The notes under the pieces are model-generated. The model saw nothing but the letters and a program-made list of their open reading frames with translations. It did no database searches and was not told where the DNA came from. Shown in pieces: positions 11,546 through 25,326 of a DNA stretch of 64,000 nt; within the stretch, counting starts at the first letter, position 1; every line of letters starts with the position of its first letter. Both the position numbers and the translations under genes were made by a program. Source of the DNA: Mobula birostris (lineage: Eukaryota); the NCBI RefSeq assembly GCF_030028105.1, contig NC_092382.1, forward strand, positions 100,394,699 to 100,458,698, given 5' to 3'.

Positions 11546-12110
11546 ACTCACCTCGGCGAGCTTGCAAGGTCACGCCGCGGGAATAGTCCTCCTCCGCTGC
11601 CGGTAATGTTCAACGCTCCCGGAGACCGTCCCGGGGTGCGGCGGGCCCGAGGGTGAGGCCGTACAGGAGACGGGGAGACCGGCTCGCTGCGAGTTTACCG
11701 CACGTCTGCGCGCAAGCTCGGCAACCAGCCAGGGGCGGAGAGCGTCAGATATGATAATGAGTGGACAGGCGCCACCCCCTCCCAAGAGATGCGTAGAACT
11801 GGCCGACCTGTTAGGGGCGGGGTGCGGACGGAGCGGGGCCGCCTTTTCAGGGGCGCTGCCGGGACGAAGGGCGCGGGTAAGAAGGGGAGGGGAGGGGTGG
11901 GTGAAGGGCGGGGGGGGGGGAAGAGTGGGGAGAGAGGGAGTTCACTGACGTCATAGGGAGCCCTCGCGCATCGGGCATTCCAATTCGGACCACTGCAGCG
12001 TCCAGCTCGCAATATACAAGAACTAGAGAGGACCGTCAGGACTGCGGGAAAAAAGATCACCGACCGCAGTCCGGCAGTCCGCCGTCGCTGCGGAACTCGT
12101 GTGTGTGTGT
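11546..12110 (-). promoter_or_regulatory. CpG-rich promoter-like element with a minus-strand splice donor
   Basis: TGACGTCA 11946-11953, GC box GGGGCGGGG ~11814, AG|GTGAGT on the minus strand at 11553-11546. Confidence 0.45.
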
Positions 12111-12649
12111 CCGGGATTAGGAGGCCGGGTGGGCAAATCAGTGCTGGCGTCCGCCCCTCTGCGAGGCTGCCCTCTTTCCCGGAACCTCCCTCCGGAGAAC
12201 GCCGTCAGCCAATGCCCGGGATGTAAAGAAGGCAGAGGAGGGATGAGAAGAGCGGACAGGGAGAAATTGTTGTCAGAGAGGGAAGGGGGGGGGGGGAGGA
12301 GAGAGCGGGAAGAAGGAAAATGGAAAAGGCGGAGGAAGGGAGGGGTGGGAGGAAAGCAGGAAGGAAGAAAGGGGGAAGGGGAAACGGAAGGGAGGAAGTG
12401 CACTGCCGACACGGAGAAAATCCTCACATCAGCCGTTACTCTCTGGTCGGGGTGATACGAGAACTACGGCGAACTTTCGAGAGAGCAGATCACGTCATTG
12501 GCTGCAATCTACCATCACTGCCGGGCGTTTACGCGTCCAGGACGAAGAAGCGGGCGGGCAGAATCGTGGCGGATATTACACGCCCTACGAACTGCCTTCT
12601 CCAAAAAACCCTCCGGAAAGCAAATAACACTCAGGCGCGCTAGGGTGCG

Positions 12650-13095
12650 CGCCCACTCACACACACACCAACAGAACGAGCTCCTTTCCCATCCCTCCCA
12701 ATCCCACACAGACGGATACAAACATACACACAGACACACATATAAACGCACAGACTGACACACACACACACACAGACCACAGACACGCATACACATACAC
12801 ACAACAGCCACACGTACACAGACAGACATGCGCGCACACACACCCATACACACACAGAGCACAGATGCGCACACACACCCACACCACAGACACAAANNNN
12901 NNNNNNNNNNNNNNNNNNNNNNNNNNNNNNNNNNNNNNNNNNNNNNNNNNNNNNNNNNNNNNNNNNNNNNNNNNNNNNNNNNNNNNNNNNNNNNNNNNNN
13001 NNNNNNNNNNNNNNNNNNNNNNNNNNNNNNNNNNNNNNNNNNNNNNNNNNNNNACAGCACAGACATACATACACAGACATCCACACAAACACACA
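12650..13095. repeat. (CA)n-rich simple repeat surrounding an N run (12897-13053)
   Basis: Direct reading. Confidence 0.9.
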
Positions 13096-14199
13096 CCCGC
13101 GAACCATCTTTGAAGTTTACTCTCCCCGGCAGCTAATCTGATCAACCATTCTAGTTCGTCACCCCTCCCCACTCTCTCTATTAGCCCTGCGACTGCACTG
13201 CAGACGTTTAAACCGCTACTTCAATATAAAATATTGTTTATATTGTAAACATTAAATGCTGGAATTTCAGTACATTTTAATTTTGCATATTATATTCCCT
13301 ATCTCCAATTGAACCTCTAACTTTACTTTTATATAATTCGTTATCCTCATAATTTCTGAATCGTGCTGCTTTGAAGCCCTGAGCAACACGCTCCAGGCAA
13401 CGTCTCACGTCCACGGCCAACACTGCCCGCGGCGGCGAGGTAGGGCGGTAGTCAGCAGTTCCGGCGACCCGGGGTTCATTTCCGGCCGCGGCCTGGAGGC
13501 AGTCTGTGCGCGCCCCCCCCCCCCCCCGTGACCGGCTGGCAGGATCAATGCGGTTAGGAACGGGGTTCAGTCGGAGGTTGCCGGGCGGCGCGGCTCGAAG
13601 GGTCGGAAGAGCGTATTCCTCGCTGTATATCAATAAACAATCGATGTAAATTTGATCCCTGATCCCGGAGGAGAGAGTGAGTGAGGGAGAGGAGGGAAAA
13701 AAGGGAAGAATTGGAAGAGGGAGGGAGGAGGGAATGCGGGAGGAGAGGGTGTGAGAGGGAAAGGGGAAAGGTTGAGTGTAAGGAAAGGAGAAAGGGCGAG
13801 ATGATCAAGGAAGGTTTCGATTGACCTGTCACCAGCAATGGAGATGAAGGGTACGCTGGGGGCAGCCCGAAAGTGTCGCCACGCCTCCGGCGTCAACACG
13901 GCATGTCCACACTTCACGAACCCAGACCCGCACGCCTTTGGACTGGCGGGGGGGGCGGGTGGTAACCGGCCGTGGGGAAAACGTGGAAGCAGGCCGCAGC
14001 AGGAATGGAACCATGGTCGCCGGCGTTGTGAAGGGGTCCGCTAACCGCAGGCGGAAAAGAAGAAAATAATGTTGGGGGAGGGGGGGAACCAAACACGGGG
14101 AGGAGGAAAGGATGGAAGAAGGGACGGGGAAGGGAAAAAGGAGAAAGGAAGGAAGGAAGGGGGTACGGAAGGCAGACAACGGTGGGAAGCAGAATGGCT

Positions 14200-15010
14200 T
14201 TGCATGGCAGATGCAGTTTAATGCGGATAAACGTGAGGTTATCCACTTTGGTGGCAAGAATCTGATTGGTGCCAAGTTAGGAAAAGGGGAAGTACAACGA
14301 GATCTAGGTGACCTTGTTCAATGTAAGCATGCAGGTACAACAGGCAGTGAAGAAAGCTAATAGCATGCTGGCCTTCATAACAAGGGGAGTTGAGTATAGG
14401 AGCAAAGAGGTCTTTCTGCAGCTATACAGGGCCCTGGTGAGATCACACCTGGAGTACTGACTGTGTGCAGTTTTGGTCTCCAAATTTGAGGAAGGACATT
14501 CTTGCTATTGAGTGAGTGCAGCGTAGGTTCACAAGGTTAATTCCCGGGATGGTGGGACTGTCATATGTCGAAAGATTGGAGCGACTGGGCTTGTATACAC
14601 TGGAATTTAGAAGGATGAGAGGGGATCTGATTGAAACATATAAGATTATTAAGGGATTGGACACGCTGGAGGCAGGAAACATGCTCCCGATGTTGGGGGA
14701 GTCCAGAACCACAGGCCACAGTTTGAGAATAAGGGGTAGGCCATTTAGAGCGGAGTTGAAGAAAACCTTTTTCACCCAAAGAGTTGTGGATCTGTGGAAT
14801 GCTCTACCCCAGAAGGCAGTGGAGGCCAATTCTCTGGATGTGTTCAAGAAAGAGTTATATAGAGCTCTTAATGATAGCGGAGTCAAGGGATATGGGGATA
14901 AGGCAGGAACTGGATACTGATTGTGGATGACCAGCCATGATCACAGTGAATGGTGGTGCTGGCTCGAAGGGCCGAAGGGCCTACTCCTGCACCTATTGTC
15001 TGTTGTCAGA
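14200..15010 (+). mobile_element. CR1-like LINE 3' fragment
   Basis: QRRFTRLIPGMVGLSY...FFTQRVVDLWNALP. Confidence 0.88.
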
Positions 15011-15043
15011 AAGATGGAATGAAGAAAAGAGAGGAGAGTGCAG

Positions 15044-15919
15044 TGTTACGTAACCGGCAACAATGAATATTAATCGAGACAGGTTTTATAAAAACATTTA
15101 TTAAACAGGTATAAACGATAAGGGAGAAAAAAACAAAGGAAACCTTTAACCGGAAGTTAACAGGTACGCAGCCGTTCACCAACTCCACTCGGCTCTGGTT
15201 CTTAAAGCGTTAAATGCGAAAACAGTTCTTAAAGCGATACAGCCAGATATAGTTCTTAAAGCGATAACTTCGAAAGTACAACAGTTTTACACATTCAATT
15301 GGGAGAGACTTCTCTGGAGACAGATTTCTTCACCGACGCACTTTTACTGCTGGTTCTGTGCACAGGACTCCCGATGCCGAAAATAACCAGTTTAAGTCGA
15401 CTGACCTTAAATTCCTTTAGAGAGAGAGAGAGAGCACCTTCGTGCATGAACTCATTGCGCTTTTACAAGAGTTATCTGAATGCAGCTTCTCTTCAACGAA
15501 GACTCAATAAGGTCGATCCTTTATTAAGCTGCCAAACGATGCCGACTTCTCTCGATCCTTCACTTCGATGAGTTCTTCACTCTCCCTTCAAAACTGTCGG
15601 AATTGAGTAAATTGGCACCTCCAGCCGCAAATTCCCAGTCCAATAATACAATATCTTGTAAGAGAACGCACCTTCCGTTTTACAAATGAAACTACGTCAC
15701 AAAAACAAACACGCAACAGAAACGGAGGTACAACACGTTCTACCCGGAAATCTACAAACTCAGAAAAACTAAACTGCGTCACCACGGTCGACCCTTATAT
15801 AGTCACGGGGCACATATCATCACACGACCTCACATCGGCGGGAATATCACATCAGGTGACCTCCAAAAGACCATTACATCATTATCACAAAAAAAACAGA
15901 TCTCCTTGAGCATGTAACA
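15044..15919 (-). repeat. 3' LTR of the Gmr1-like element
   Basis: Termini TGTTAC...GTAACA; purine tract (GAAGGGAG on minus) just before it; minus-strand AATAAA near 15100. Confidence 0.8.
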
Positions 15920-18740
15920 TAACTCCCTTCAAAAAAAATTTTGGTCTCTTGAAGAACAAAATTTTAACAATTTATATTAAAAAAATACAAAGGTATAAAA
16001 TTTACAAAATACACAATATATACAATCTTATCTTTCAGCCCTTTGCAAACTAATGTACAGTAGGAGTGTTACAAATGTTAAACTATCACTCCAAAAGAAA
16101 AATAATTTTCATTGTACATTTAACATCTAGACAGACAATCAGCGATCACATTATCTTTACCCTTAATATGAGTGATCAAAATATTGTACTCCTGTAACAT
16201 TAAACTCCAATTTAATAATCTTCTATTTTTGTTTTTCACCTTACCTAAAAACACTAATGGATTGTGATCGATATAAACTGTGAGTGGTTTATGCGTAGAA
16301 CCAACATATACTTCAAAATGTTGCAAAGCTAAAACAAGAGATAACAATTCTTTTTCTATTGTTGAATAGTTTCTTTGGTGGGCAGTAAATTTCTTAGAAA
16401 AATAAGCTACCGGACGATCAACTTCATCACCATCATCTTTTTGAAGTAACACTGCTCCTGCAGCTTCATCTCTAGCATCTACAGCTAACAAAAATGGTTT
16501 TTCCAAGTCAGGAGATTTAAGTACAGGTTGACTACATACTAAAACTTTCAATTTATCAAATGCCTCTTGGCAAGACTCTGTCCAAACAAACTTCTCATTT
16601 TTCTTCAAGAGATTAGCTAATGGAAGAGCAACGTTTGCAAAATCCTTACAAAATTTTCTGTAGTATCCTACCATACCCAAGAATCTTCTGAGGGTTTTTC
16701 TACCAGTGGGAGTGGGTACTTCCAAATTTGCCTGAACTTTTGCTTGAACAGGAGCTAATTTCCCCTGACCCACAACATAACCAAGGTAGGTCACTGTGGC
16801 ATTACCAAATTCACTTTTGGATAAATTAATAGTTAAGTTAGCTTTTGAAAGTCTCTCAAATAATTTCTCCACTGCCGCAATATGTGCTTTCCACGTATTA
16901 TTCCCTGTAACCAGATCATCAATATAGGCATCTGTATCTTTTAATCCCTGGATCATGCTATTAATCATCCTCTGAAAAGTACTAGGGTGCATTTTTCATC
17001 CCAAGTGGAAGAACATTATATTCATATAACCCACATGGGGTTACAAATGCTGAAATCTCTCTACCTCTATCCGTCAATGGAACACACCAATAACCTTTTA
17101 AAAATCAATTTTTGTAAGGAATTTGGTCTGTCTAACTTTATCCACACAATCACCTACCCTAGGGATTGGATATGTATCAGTTTTTGTCACAGCATTCCCT
17201 TTTCTGTAATCCGTACAAAACCTAATACTATTGTCTGGTTTAGGCACCATAACACATGGTGAACTCCAATTCAAATTAGAATGTCTAATAATATCATTCT
17301 CTAACATATACTTAATTTCCTGTTCAGCAAGTTCACATTTTTCCCTGTACATTCAATATGGATGTTGGTTTATGGGTTTTGCATCTCCCACATCTACATC
17401 ATGTGTAGCTACGGTGGTTCTTCTAGGGACGACTGGAAATAAATCTCTATATTTAAAAATTAACCTTTTCATCTGTTCTGGCTGTAAATGAGCTAATTTG
17501 TCATCAATGTTTTCCAGAATTTTTGAATTTGGCAACCTAGTTGAAATAATGTTGGGTTTAAAATGAGTTTCAGATGAATCCTCTAGTAAGTTTTCATCAA
17601 AATCAGACTCAAAATCGATCACAACAGTCATAGTAGCAACTTCTCTTTCATAATACGGTTTTATCATATTTATATGACACAACTGTGTTGTCTTTCTCCT
17701 ATCTGGGGTTGTTACCACATAATCCACAACATTTACCTTCGATTTAATCTCATAAGGACCATGGAATTTGGCTTGTAATGGGTTCGTTTCCACTGGGAAA
17801 AGAACCATCACCTTATCTCCAGGCTTAAATGACCTCATCCTAGCTTCCCTATCATACCACGTCTTCATCTTCTCTTGAGCTAACTTTAAATTTTCCTTGG
17901 CCAAACTGCAAGCTTTGTACAATCTCCCTTTAAATCTAACAAACTAGTGTGTACTTCTTTATTAATCCACTGTTCCTTCAACAAAGCCAAGGGTCCTCGA
18001 ACTCTATGTCCAAACAGAAGTTCAACAGGACTAAAACCTAATGATTCCTGTACTGCCTCCCTTACTGCAAAAAGTAGTAAATGTATACCTTCATCCCAGT
18101 CCTTTTCATTTTCCACACAATATGTCTTAATCATAGTTTTTAGTGCAGAATGAAATCTCCCCAAGGCTCCTTGTGATTGTGGATGATAGGCTGGGGAAAC
18201 AATCTACTTTGCTCCCAGTTTATAAACTATCTGCTGAAACAACTCAGACATAAAATTACTACCTTGATCTGATTGTATTTCCTTAGGCAGCCCAAAATAA
18301 GTGAAGATTTTTATAAGAGCCTTTGTCACAGTTTTGGCTGTTATTTTCCTAAGAGGTTCTGCCTCTGGAAACCTAGACGCTGTGCACATAATAGTTAATA
18401 AATATTGATCTCCAGTTTTAGTTTTTGGCAAAGGGCCTACACAGTCTACAATGATCTTTGAAAACGGCTCACCAAATTCAGGAATTGGTTGCAGTGGGGC
18501 CACTGGAGTAACCTGATTAGGTTCACCAACAATTTGACACGTATGACACGTGCTACAAAATGTCGCCACATCTTGGCTTAAACGAGGCCAATAAAAATGT
18601 TTAGAAACTTTGTTCATTGTTTCCTTTACCCGTAAATGATCACCCAAAGGAATACTATGAGCCATAGTCAAAATCTCATTTCGGTAAATTTTAGGAACAA
18701 CAACCTGATGATTAACTTCCCATTCCTCACTAGCAGGAAT
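15044..18740 (-). mobile_element. 5'-truncated Gmr1-like (Ty3/Gypsy) LTR retrotransposon with INT-RT-RNaseH order and 3' LTR
   Basis: Minus-strand ORFs: integrase (HHCC, IIVDCVGP, SDQGSNF, GPY module), then RT (RFCTDYR, YIDD), then RNase H (VDA, NYSTIEKELL, DHNPL, ADCLSR); internal stops and frameshifts. Confidence 0.9.
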
Positions 18741-19822
18741 TGTAGGCGATCTCCACTTTCTCATGAATAGCAGGAAGGAAAAGAGAGGTGGAAGCGAACG
18801 AAGAAACAAAAATCGTGTGCGAAAGAGAGGAAAGATGGGCAAACCGAAGGGAAGAAGGATGGGCCGGTAAAAGGAGGAAGGGGGATGCGGCAGGAAGAAA
18901 GAAGGGAAGGGAGTCTGGAAGGGAGGGCGGGGGCGGGAAAATCAAAATCGAGGAATGAACCAGCTTGAGAAGAATTACAGAAGGGGTTTTGAGAGAGGGG
19001 GCGGGAAGCGGGAAAGAGGGAGGGTGGGGGGAAAAGCGGAATGAGGTCCGGGGCGGAGGGGGCAGGGAGCGAGAGAGGATGGGAACAGGAGACGGGGGAA
19101 AAGCGAGGGTGGGAGCAAGGAGGATGGCGGGAAGGAGGTCGGGAACCGGAAGGGAGGACAGGGAAGACAATTGCGGAGGAAAGGCAGGAGGAAGCAACGT
19201 CGGAAACCTCAGAGAGCCGAAGTGCTAACACGAAAGAGGGCCGAAGGGAGTCCAGCTCCTCCCCATCCCCCCGCCCGGAGCAGACTGAAGAGGCGGAGGG
19301 TTGTAAATATGGAACTGGACGGGAGGGAGGCTTCAACGAAGGGATGGGCGAAAGAAAGGAAGGGGGGAAGAAGAAGGAAGTAACGTCACATACCTCGGAA
19401 AGCCGAAAACCTCCCACCCGGATGTGCTACACCGTAAGGAGTCCCGACGCCTCTTCTCCCCCCTGGAACTGGCTGGAGGGAAGAGAGAGGAGTGAGGGAG
19501 GGAACAGGACCGTCTCCTGCCGGCGTCGGCTCATCCCTTCGGGGAACGGTCCCCAATTCTCCATCTCCGGCGGATAGGGACGGGAGAGCGGAGGAGAAGG
19601 GGAGGGGGAAGAGAGAAAGGGAAGGGTAAAGCTATTAACGGAGAAAAGAGAGCGAGAATGAAGGAAAACAGAGGGAGGGGAGGGAAGACGGGAGAGGATG
19701 AATTTCAAAATAAGAAATACAGACCTAATAGTGAAAGCATTGAGCCACAGACACCTGCCCCATCGCACCCCGCCTCCCCCCGGTAAGTTCGCGAGAAGGC
19801 GGCGCCTAGCGTCGCCGGCGCT

Positions 19823-19903
19823 GCTTTTTGTATGACTCCCTCACACCGTGGGGACAGGGGGGGACACTGTGTTACAATCCAAGGCAGTCGCTGTACAAAA
19901 ACC
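19823..19903 (+). other. TRBD: TCR beta D1 (GGGACAGGGGGGGA, 19851-19864) with 5' 12-RSS and 3' 23-RSS
   Basis: GCTTTTTGT, 12 nt, CACCGTG | D | CACTGTG, 23 nt, ACAAAAACC; core matches the pan-vertebrate D-beta GGGACAGGGG. Confidence 0.95.
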
Positions 19904-20289
19904 ACCCCCAAGGCGGCAGGCAAACCCGGGAGCCCTCAGAGCTCCCGCAGGCAGGCGGAGGCCTCGACCCTGGCCTGCGGGGCCCACCCCTCTCCGCCGG
20001 TGCGGCACAACCTCCGCCACACCATTCGGCCCAAAACTGCTCCGACTGGTAAATCGGCTCGCCGTCGTCGGGTTTAAGAATCCAGGACACCGTGTAAAGG
20101 AGAGCGAAATTATTGTTATTCGGATCCGATGCAGCGTGCAAAGACAAATAATGTGATTAACATCACCGGCGAAGTTTCAAATGAGGTTTATGAAAATGAT
20201 TCCGGTATTGATGGGACATATAATATGAGAATTTGGGAATTTACTCACTGTAGTTTAAATTAATGGCGGGTTGGGGGGTGGGTGTTCTC

Positions 20290-21430
20290 ATTGAACCTTA
20301 TCACATGTTGAAAGGTCTTGATAGAGTGGATGTGGAGAGGATGTTTCCTGTAGTGGGGGAGTCTAGGACCAGAGGACACAGATAGAGTGGATGTGGAGAG
20401 GATGTTTTCTATAGTGGGGGAGTCTAGGACCAGAGGACACAGATAGAGTGGATGTAGAGAGGATTTTTCCTATAGTGGGGGAGTCTGGGATCAGAGAACA
20501 CAGATAGAGTGGATGTGGAGAGGAGGTTTCCTATAGTGGGGGGAGTCTAGGACCAGGGGACACAGATAGAGTGGATGTGTAGAGGATGTTTCCTGTAGTG
20601 GGGGAGTCAAGGACCAGAGAACACAGATAGAGTGGATGTGGAGAGGATGTTTCCTGTAGTGGGGGAGTCTAGGACCAGAGGACACAGACAGAATGGATGT
20701 CGACAGGATGTTTCCTATAGTGGGGGAGTCTAGGACCAGAGGACACAGATAGAGTGGATGTGGAGAGGATGTTTCCTGTAGTGGGGGAGTCAAGGACCAG
20801 AGAACACAGATAGAGTGGATGTGGAGAGGATGTTTCCTGTAGTGGGGGAGTCTAGGACCAGAGGACACAGACAGAATGGATGTCGACAGGATGTTTCCTA
20901 TAGTGGGGGAGTCTAGGACCAGAGGACACAGATAGAGTGGATGTGGAGAGGATGCTTCCTATAGTGGGGGAGTCTCGGACCAGAGGACACAGATAGTGTG
21001 GATGTGGAGAGGATGTTTCCTGTAGTGGGGGAGTCTAGGACCAGAGGACACAGATAGATTGGATGTGGAGAGGATGTTTCCTATAGTGGGGGAGTCTACG
21101 ACCAGAGGGCACAAATAGTGTGGATGTGGAGAGGATGTTTCCTATGGTATGGGAGTCTAGGACCAGAGGGTACAGTCTCAGAATAAAGGGACGTCATCTT
21201 AGAACGGAGATGGGGATAAATTCTTTACCCAGTGGGTGGTGAATCTGTGGAATTCGTTGCCACGGACAGCTGTGGAGGCCAAGTCATTGGCTATATTTAA
21301 GGCAGAGGTTGATAGATTCTTAATTTGTCAGGGCATAAGGGGATACGGGGAGAAGGCAGGAGATTGGGGCTGAGAGGAAAATGGATCAGGCATGATGAAA
21401 TAGCACAGTAAGGCAAATGGCCAAATTGAC
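20290..21430 (+). repeat. CR1 3' fragment with 61-bp tandem array (~14 units, ~20320-21175)
   Basis: Unit GATAGAGTGGATGTGGAGAGGATGTTTCCTGTAGTGGGGGAGTCTAGGACCAGAGGACACA; CR1 sequence resumes after the array. Confidence 0.9.
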
Positions 21431-22149
21431 AAATTCTGCTCCTGTATCTTATGGTCTTATGTCTTATTGTCTAACCCAATAATACAGAAACACTCAAAAG
21501 ATATAAATACACAGGCATAGATTGTGTCTAGACCAGGGAATGCCTGTACATAAGGTGACGGACAGGAAACGATGGAGGATTTGGACTGTGTCACGGGTGG
21601 GTGTGTTGACCAGCCTTACTGCTTAGGAAACGCAACCGGTTCCCTTGTGTCCCGTTGTGAAACTTTGCTTTGGTTTGGATTGCTTCATCGCATCAATATT
21701 ATTTATGTGTTTTACAATGGAAACGCGATTATAGAATGTTTAAACGGAGATGAACCTGCTTATTGTTGCCACGTGTACGGACATGCAGTGAAATGTTCGC
21801 CTTCTGTACTGTTCACACACAACACACTGAGGGGTAGAACAAGATACAGCAACAACAGAATACAGAAGAAAGGGTCGCAGTTACAGGGAAAGTGCGGTTT
21901 AGGCAGACAATAAGGTGAAAGCGGCCACGACGAGGTGGATTGTGAGGTCAGGACTCCATCTTATCATACTAGGGGGCCGTTCAATAGACTGACAACAGCG
22001 ACGTAGAATCTGTCCTTCAGCCTGGTGGGACACCCTTTCAGGCTTCTGTATCTTCCGCCGATGGGACAGGGGAGAAGTGAGAATATCCGAGATGCGACAG
22101 ATATTTGATTTTCGGTAAATGGAACGAGGAAATCATTATGATTTGTTCA

Positions 22150-24240
22150 TAAAAAGGCAAGCTGACAAATCGTAAGTGTTTTCTGCATCAGTCACTAGTG
22201 GTGCTGGATTCCAAGAGGGGGAATTTCTAGAATGCCTACGAGATGACTTTTTGGAGCAGCTCGTGGCTGAGCCCACTAGGAGGTCAGTTATTCTGCACTG
22301 GGAGTTGCGCAATGGACCGGAATTGATTAGAGAGATTGAGGTAAGAGAACCTTCAGGGATAAAGTGATCATAATATGATCCAATTCACCCCGAAATTTCA
22401 GAACGAGGAGCTGAAGTTAGATGTATTACTACCACAGCGGAGTAAAGGGAACTTCTGAGGCATGAGAGGGGAACTGGCCAGAATTTATTGGAAAACAACA
22501 CTGGCAGGGTTGACGGCAAGGCAGCAAAGGCTGGTATTTCTGAAAACAATTCGGAAGGCACAGGAGATACACATCCCAAAGAGGAACAAGTATTCTATAG
22601 GAAAGTTGACACAACCGTGGCTGGCAGGAGAAGTCAAAGCCAACAAGAAGCCAAAGAGAGGGCATATAATAGAAAAATTATTAGTGGGAAATAAGGAGAT
22701 TGAGAAGCATTTAAAAGTCAACATCTTTCTCTCTCTCTCTCTCTGGCTATCCATCCCATAGGATGATGATGGTTAGTGAAGTTTATCCCACTCCCCAGAA
22801 AGGAACAGCGTGTGCGTGAATGGATTTTAGTTGAGTAGTGGGTTGCAGAGGTCCGGACCCACCCTCTCGACAATCCCTCCCGGATCCAGCGGCATGGTGG
22901 GGTCCAAGACGGCTGGGGGGAGTTCTGTTGCAGTGAAATGCCGGGCCAAGCTTCGATGCAAGGGATGCCCTTTCCGCGCTTCACGGCACGTGTTTGCTAG
23001 ATGGCCGTTGACCCTACGAGATGGTTCATCCGCCCTTTGATAGGTCTTGTTTTTCGTCCTGCAGGGTGTCTAGCCACCCTCCTCACCAGGCAAGCCGGTT
23101 TAGTCGCCGACCACCCGACCGTGCGACAGGTAGTACTGGGTCACATGGTACCAGTAGCACTCCGATGAGCGTCCTGACAACAAAAATCAACATAAGGCAA
23201 GTAAGAAATCATTAAGAAGGTAAATGGGAATACGAAAGTAGCCTGGCCAATAATGCATGAAATGTAAAAGAGAGGCGCGAGTGGACAACGGAACGCTGAA
23301 ACAAGTTGTGGAGAGCTAGTAATGGGGGACAATGAAATAGCGAACGAACTGAATAAGTATTTTCTGTTAGTCTTCACTGTGGAAGGCACTAGCAGATTGG
23401 TGGAAGTTCCGGGTATCAGGGGTCATGGGGTGAATGAAGTTACCATTACTAGAGAGAAGGTTCTTGGGAAACTGAAAGGTCTGAAGGTAGATAAGTCAAC
23501 TGGACCGGATGGTGTTCACCTCAGGGCTCTGAAAGAGGTGGCTGAAGAGACTATGGAGTCATCAGTATTGACCTTTCTAGAATCACTAGATTCTGGAATG
23601 GTTCCAGAAGACTGGAAAATTGCAAATGTCACTCCGCTCTTCAGGAAAGTAGAGAAGAAGATAGAAGAGCCTCGGTGGCTGGGAAGGTGCTGGAATCGAT
23701 TTGTAAGGATGAGGACTCAGGGTGCTGGGAGGCACATGGTAGAATAGGCCGCGGTCAGCACGGTTTCCAACAAGAGAAAATCTTGCCTGACAAATGGAAG
23801 AACTAACAAGCAGCATTGACAAAAGAGGATCGGCCGATGCTGCGCATTTGGATTTTCAGAAGGCCTTTGACAAGGTGCCACACGTGAGGCTTCTTAACAG
23901 GCTACGGACCAATGGTATTGCAGGAAAGATTTTGGCATGGATAAAACAGTGGCTGATTGGCCGGAGGCAGAGCGGGAATAAAAGAAGCCTTTTCGGGTTG
24001 GCTGCCGGTGACGAATGGTGCACCGATTACTTTCACATTATATGTCAATGATTTGATTGATGGAATTGATGGCTATGTTGCAAAGTTTGCAAAAAGATAG
24101 GGGGCAGGGGCAGGTAGGTTCGAGGGAGGAGAAAAGCTGAGAAGGACCTAGACAGACTAGGAGAATGGGCAAAAAAATGGCCGGCGAATATAGTGTCGGG
24201 AATTGTATGGCCATGCACTTTGGTAGAGGAAATGAAAGGG
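22150..24240 (+). mobile_element. Fragmented CR1-like ORF2, interrupted at ~22740-23180 by another element (possibly an RTE-type 5' end)
   Basis: ELNKYF, LKVDKSTGPDG, VPEDWKIANVTPLF, LDFQKAFDKVPH. Confidence 0.75.
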
Positions 24241-24999
24241 TTGACTACGAAGTCGGTATACGGTCAGTACATCATTAAGTCAGAAAGTGCCTGAGGCAGG
24301 TCCTTTGAAAAGTAGATTACTGAGAGAACAGAGATGGGAAAGTCTGAACTTGAGAGGGACATGGATCAACCGCGGCAAAATGGGTCTAGCTCGCATGCCA
24401 ACCTTAGCCGGCCGATGGACCCACCACCGCCCTGTATTTATCATATGAGGCCAAAAGCCTGTTATTCATTGGTGCATTCTTATAAGTAAGCAAGATGCAA
24501 GTGAGGACCTTTAGGGGAAAGGCTTGTGTCAGGTGGAAGAAGGCAGGCAGGGGACCCGGCGCGGAAGGAGGTGAATAGAACTGGAGGAGGAAGGGGACGA
24601 AAACTGACAAGGAGGTGCAAAAGTAGAGGAGTGGAGTTCGATAGTGACGGTGGGAGAACATATTGCTCAGAGTTACCTGAAATCGAAATTCTCAACGGTT
24701 ACAGCGCTAGGCTGCAGGGTGAACAATAGCTACGACAACCATCCGCTTCTCAAGACCATAAGATATAGGAGCAGAATTCGGCCAGTCCTTCTCCACAATA
24801 CTGTAGATAGTTTCATTTCGTGTTTTTTTTTTCATTCTGCTCTTTCTTGGGCAATTTGTGGATAGTTTATATTCTGTTGATGTTTTCCGTGTGAATCTTG
24901 CTTACTTGAGGGTTTGTACGGATGAATCTGCTGCAATGACATCCACTGTTCTATTCTAACCTGACCAGGTGAGATATGGGGCGCTAAGGTTTAAATCCA

Positions 25000-25276
25000 A
25001 TGAAATGATAGGTAGATAGCTTGATAGACATACGTACAGACANNNNNNNNNNNNNNNNNNNNNNNNNNNNNNNNNNNNNNNNNNNNNNNNNNNNNNNNNN
25101 NNNNNNNNNNNNNNNNNNNNNNNNNNNNNNNNNNNNNNNNNNNNNNNNNNNNNNNNNNNNNNNNNNNNNNNNNNNNNNNNNNNNNNNNNNNNNNNNNNNN
25201 NNNNNNNNNNNNNNNNNNNNNNNNNNNNNNNGAGACAGATAGATAGACAGACCCATAGATAGATAGATAGATAAAC

Positions 25277-25326
<50 letters not shown>

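Noticed and set aside
13860-14050. Possible trypsinogen exon-2 relic on the minus strand (AGYH...WV-x5-C spacing)
   Set aside because: Needs frameshifts, lacks CGGSL and the catalytic His, and has no matching splice sites; too weak without a search.
20320-21175. Regularly spaced repeats resembling a CRISPR array (also the 42-, 59- and 82-bp arrays)
   Set aside because: Head-to-tail units with no unique spacers, LINE-derived, eukaryotic context, no cas genes.
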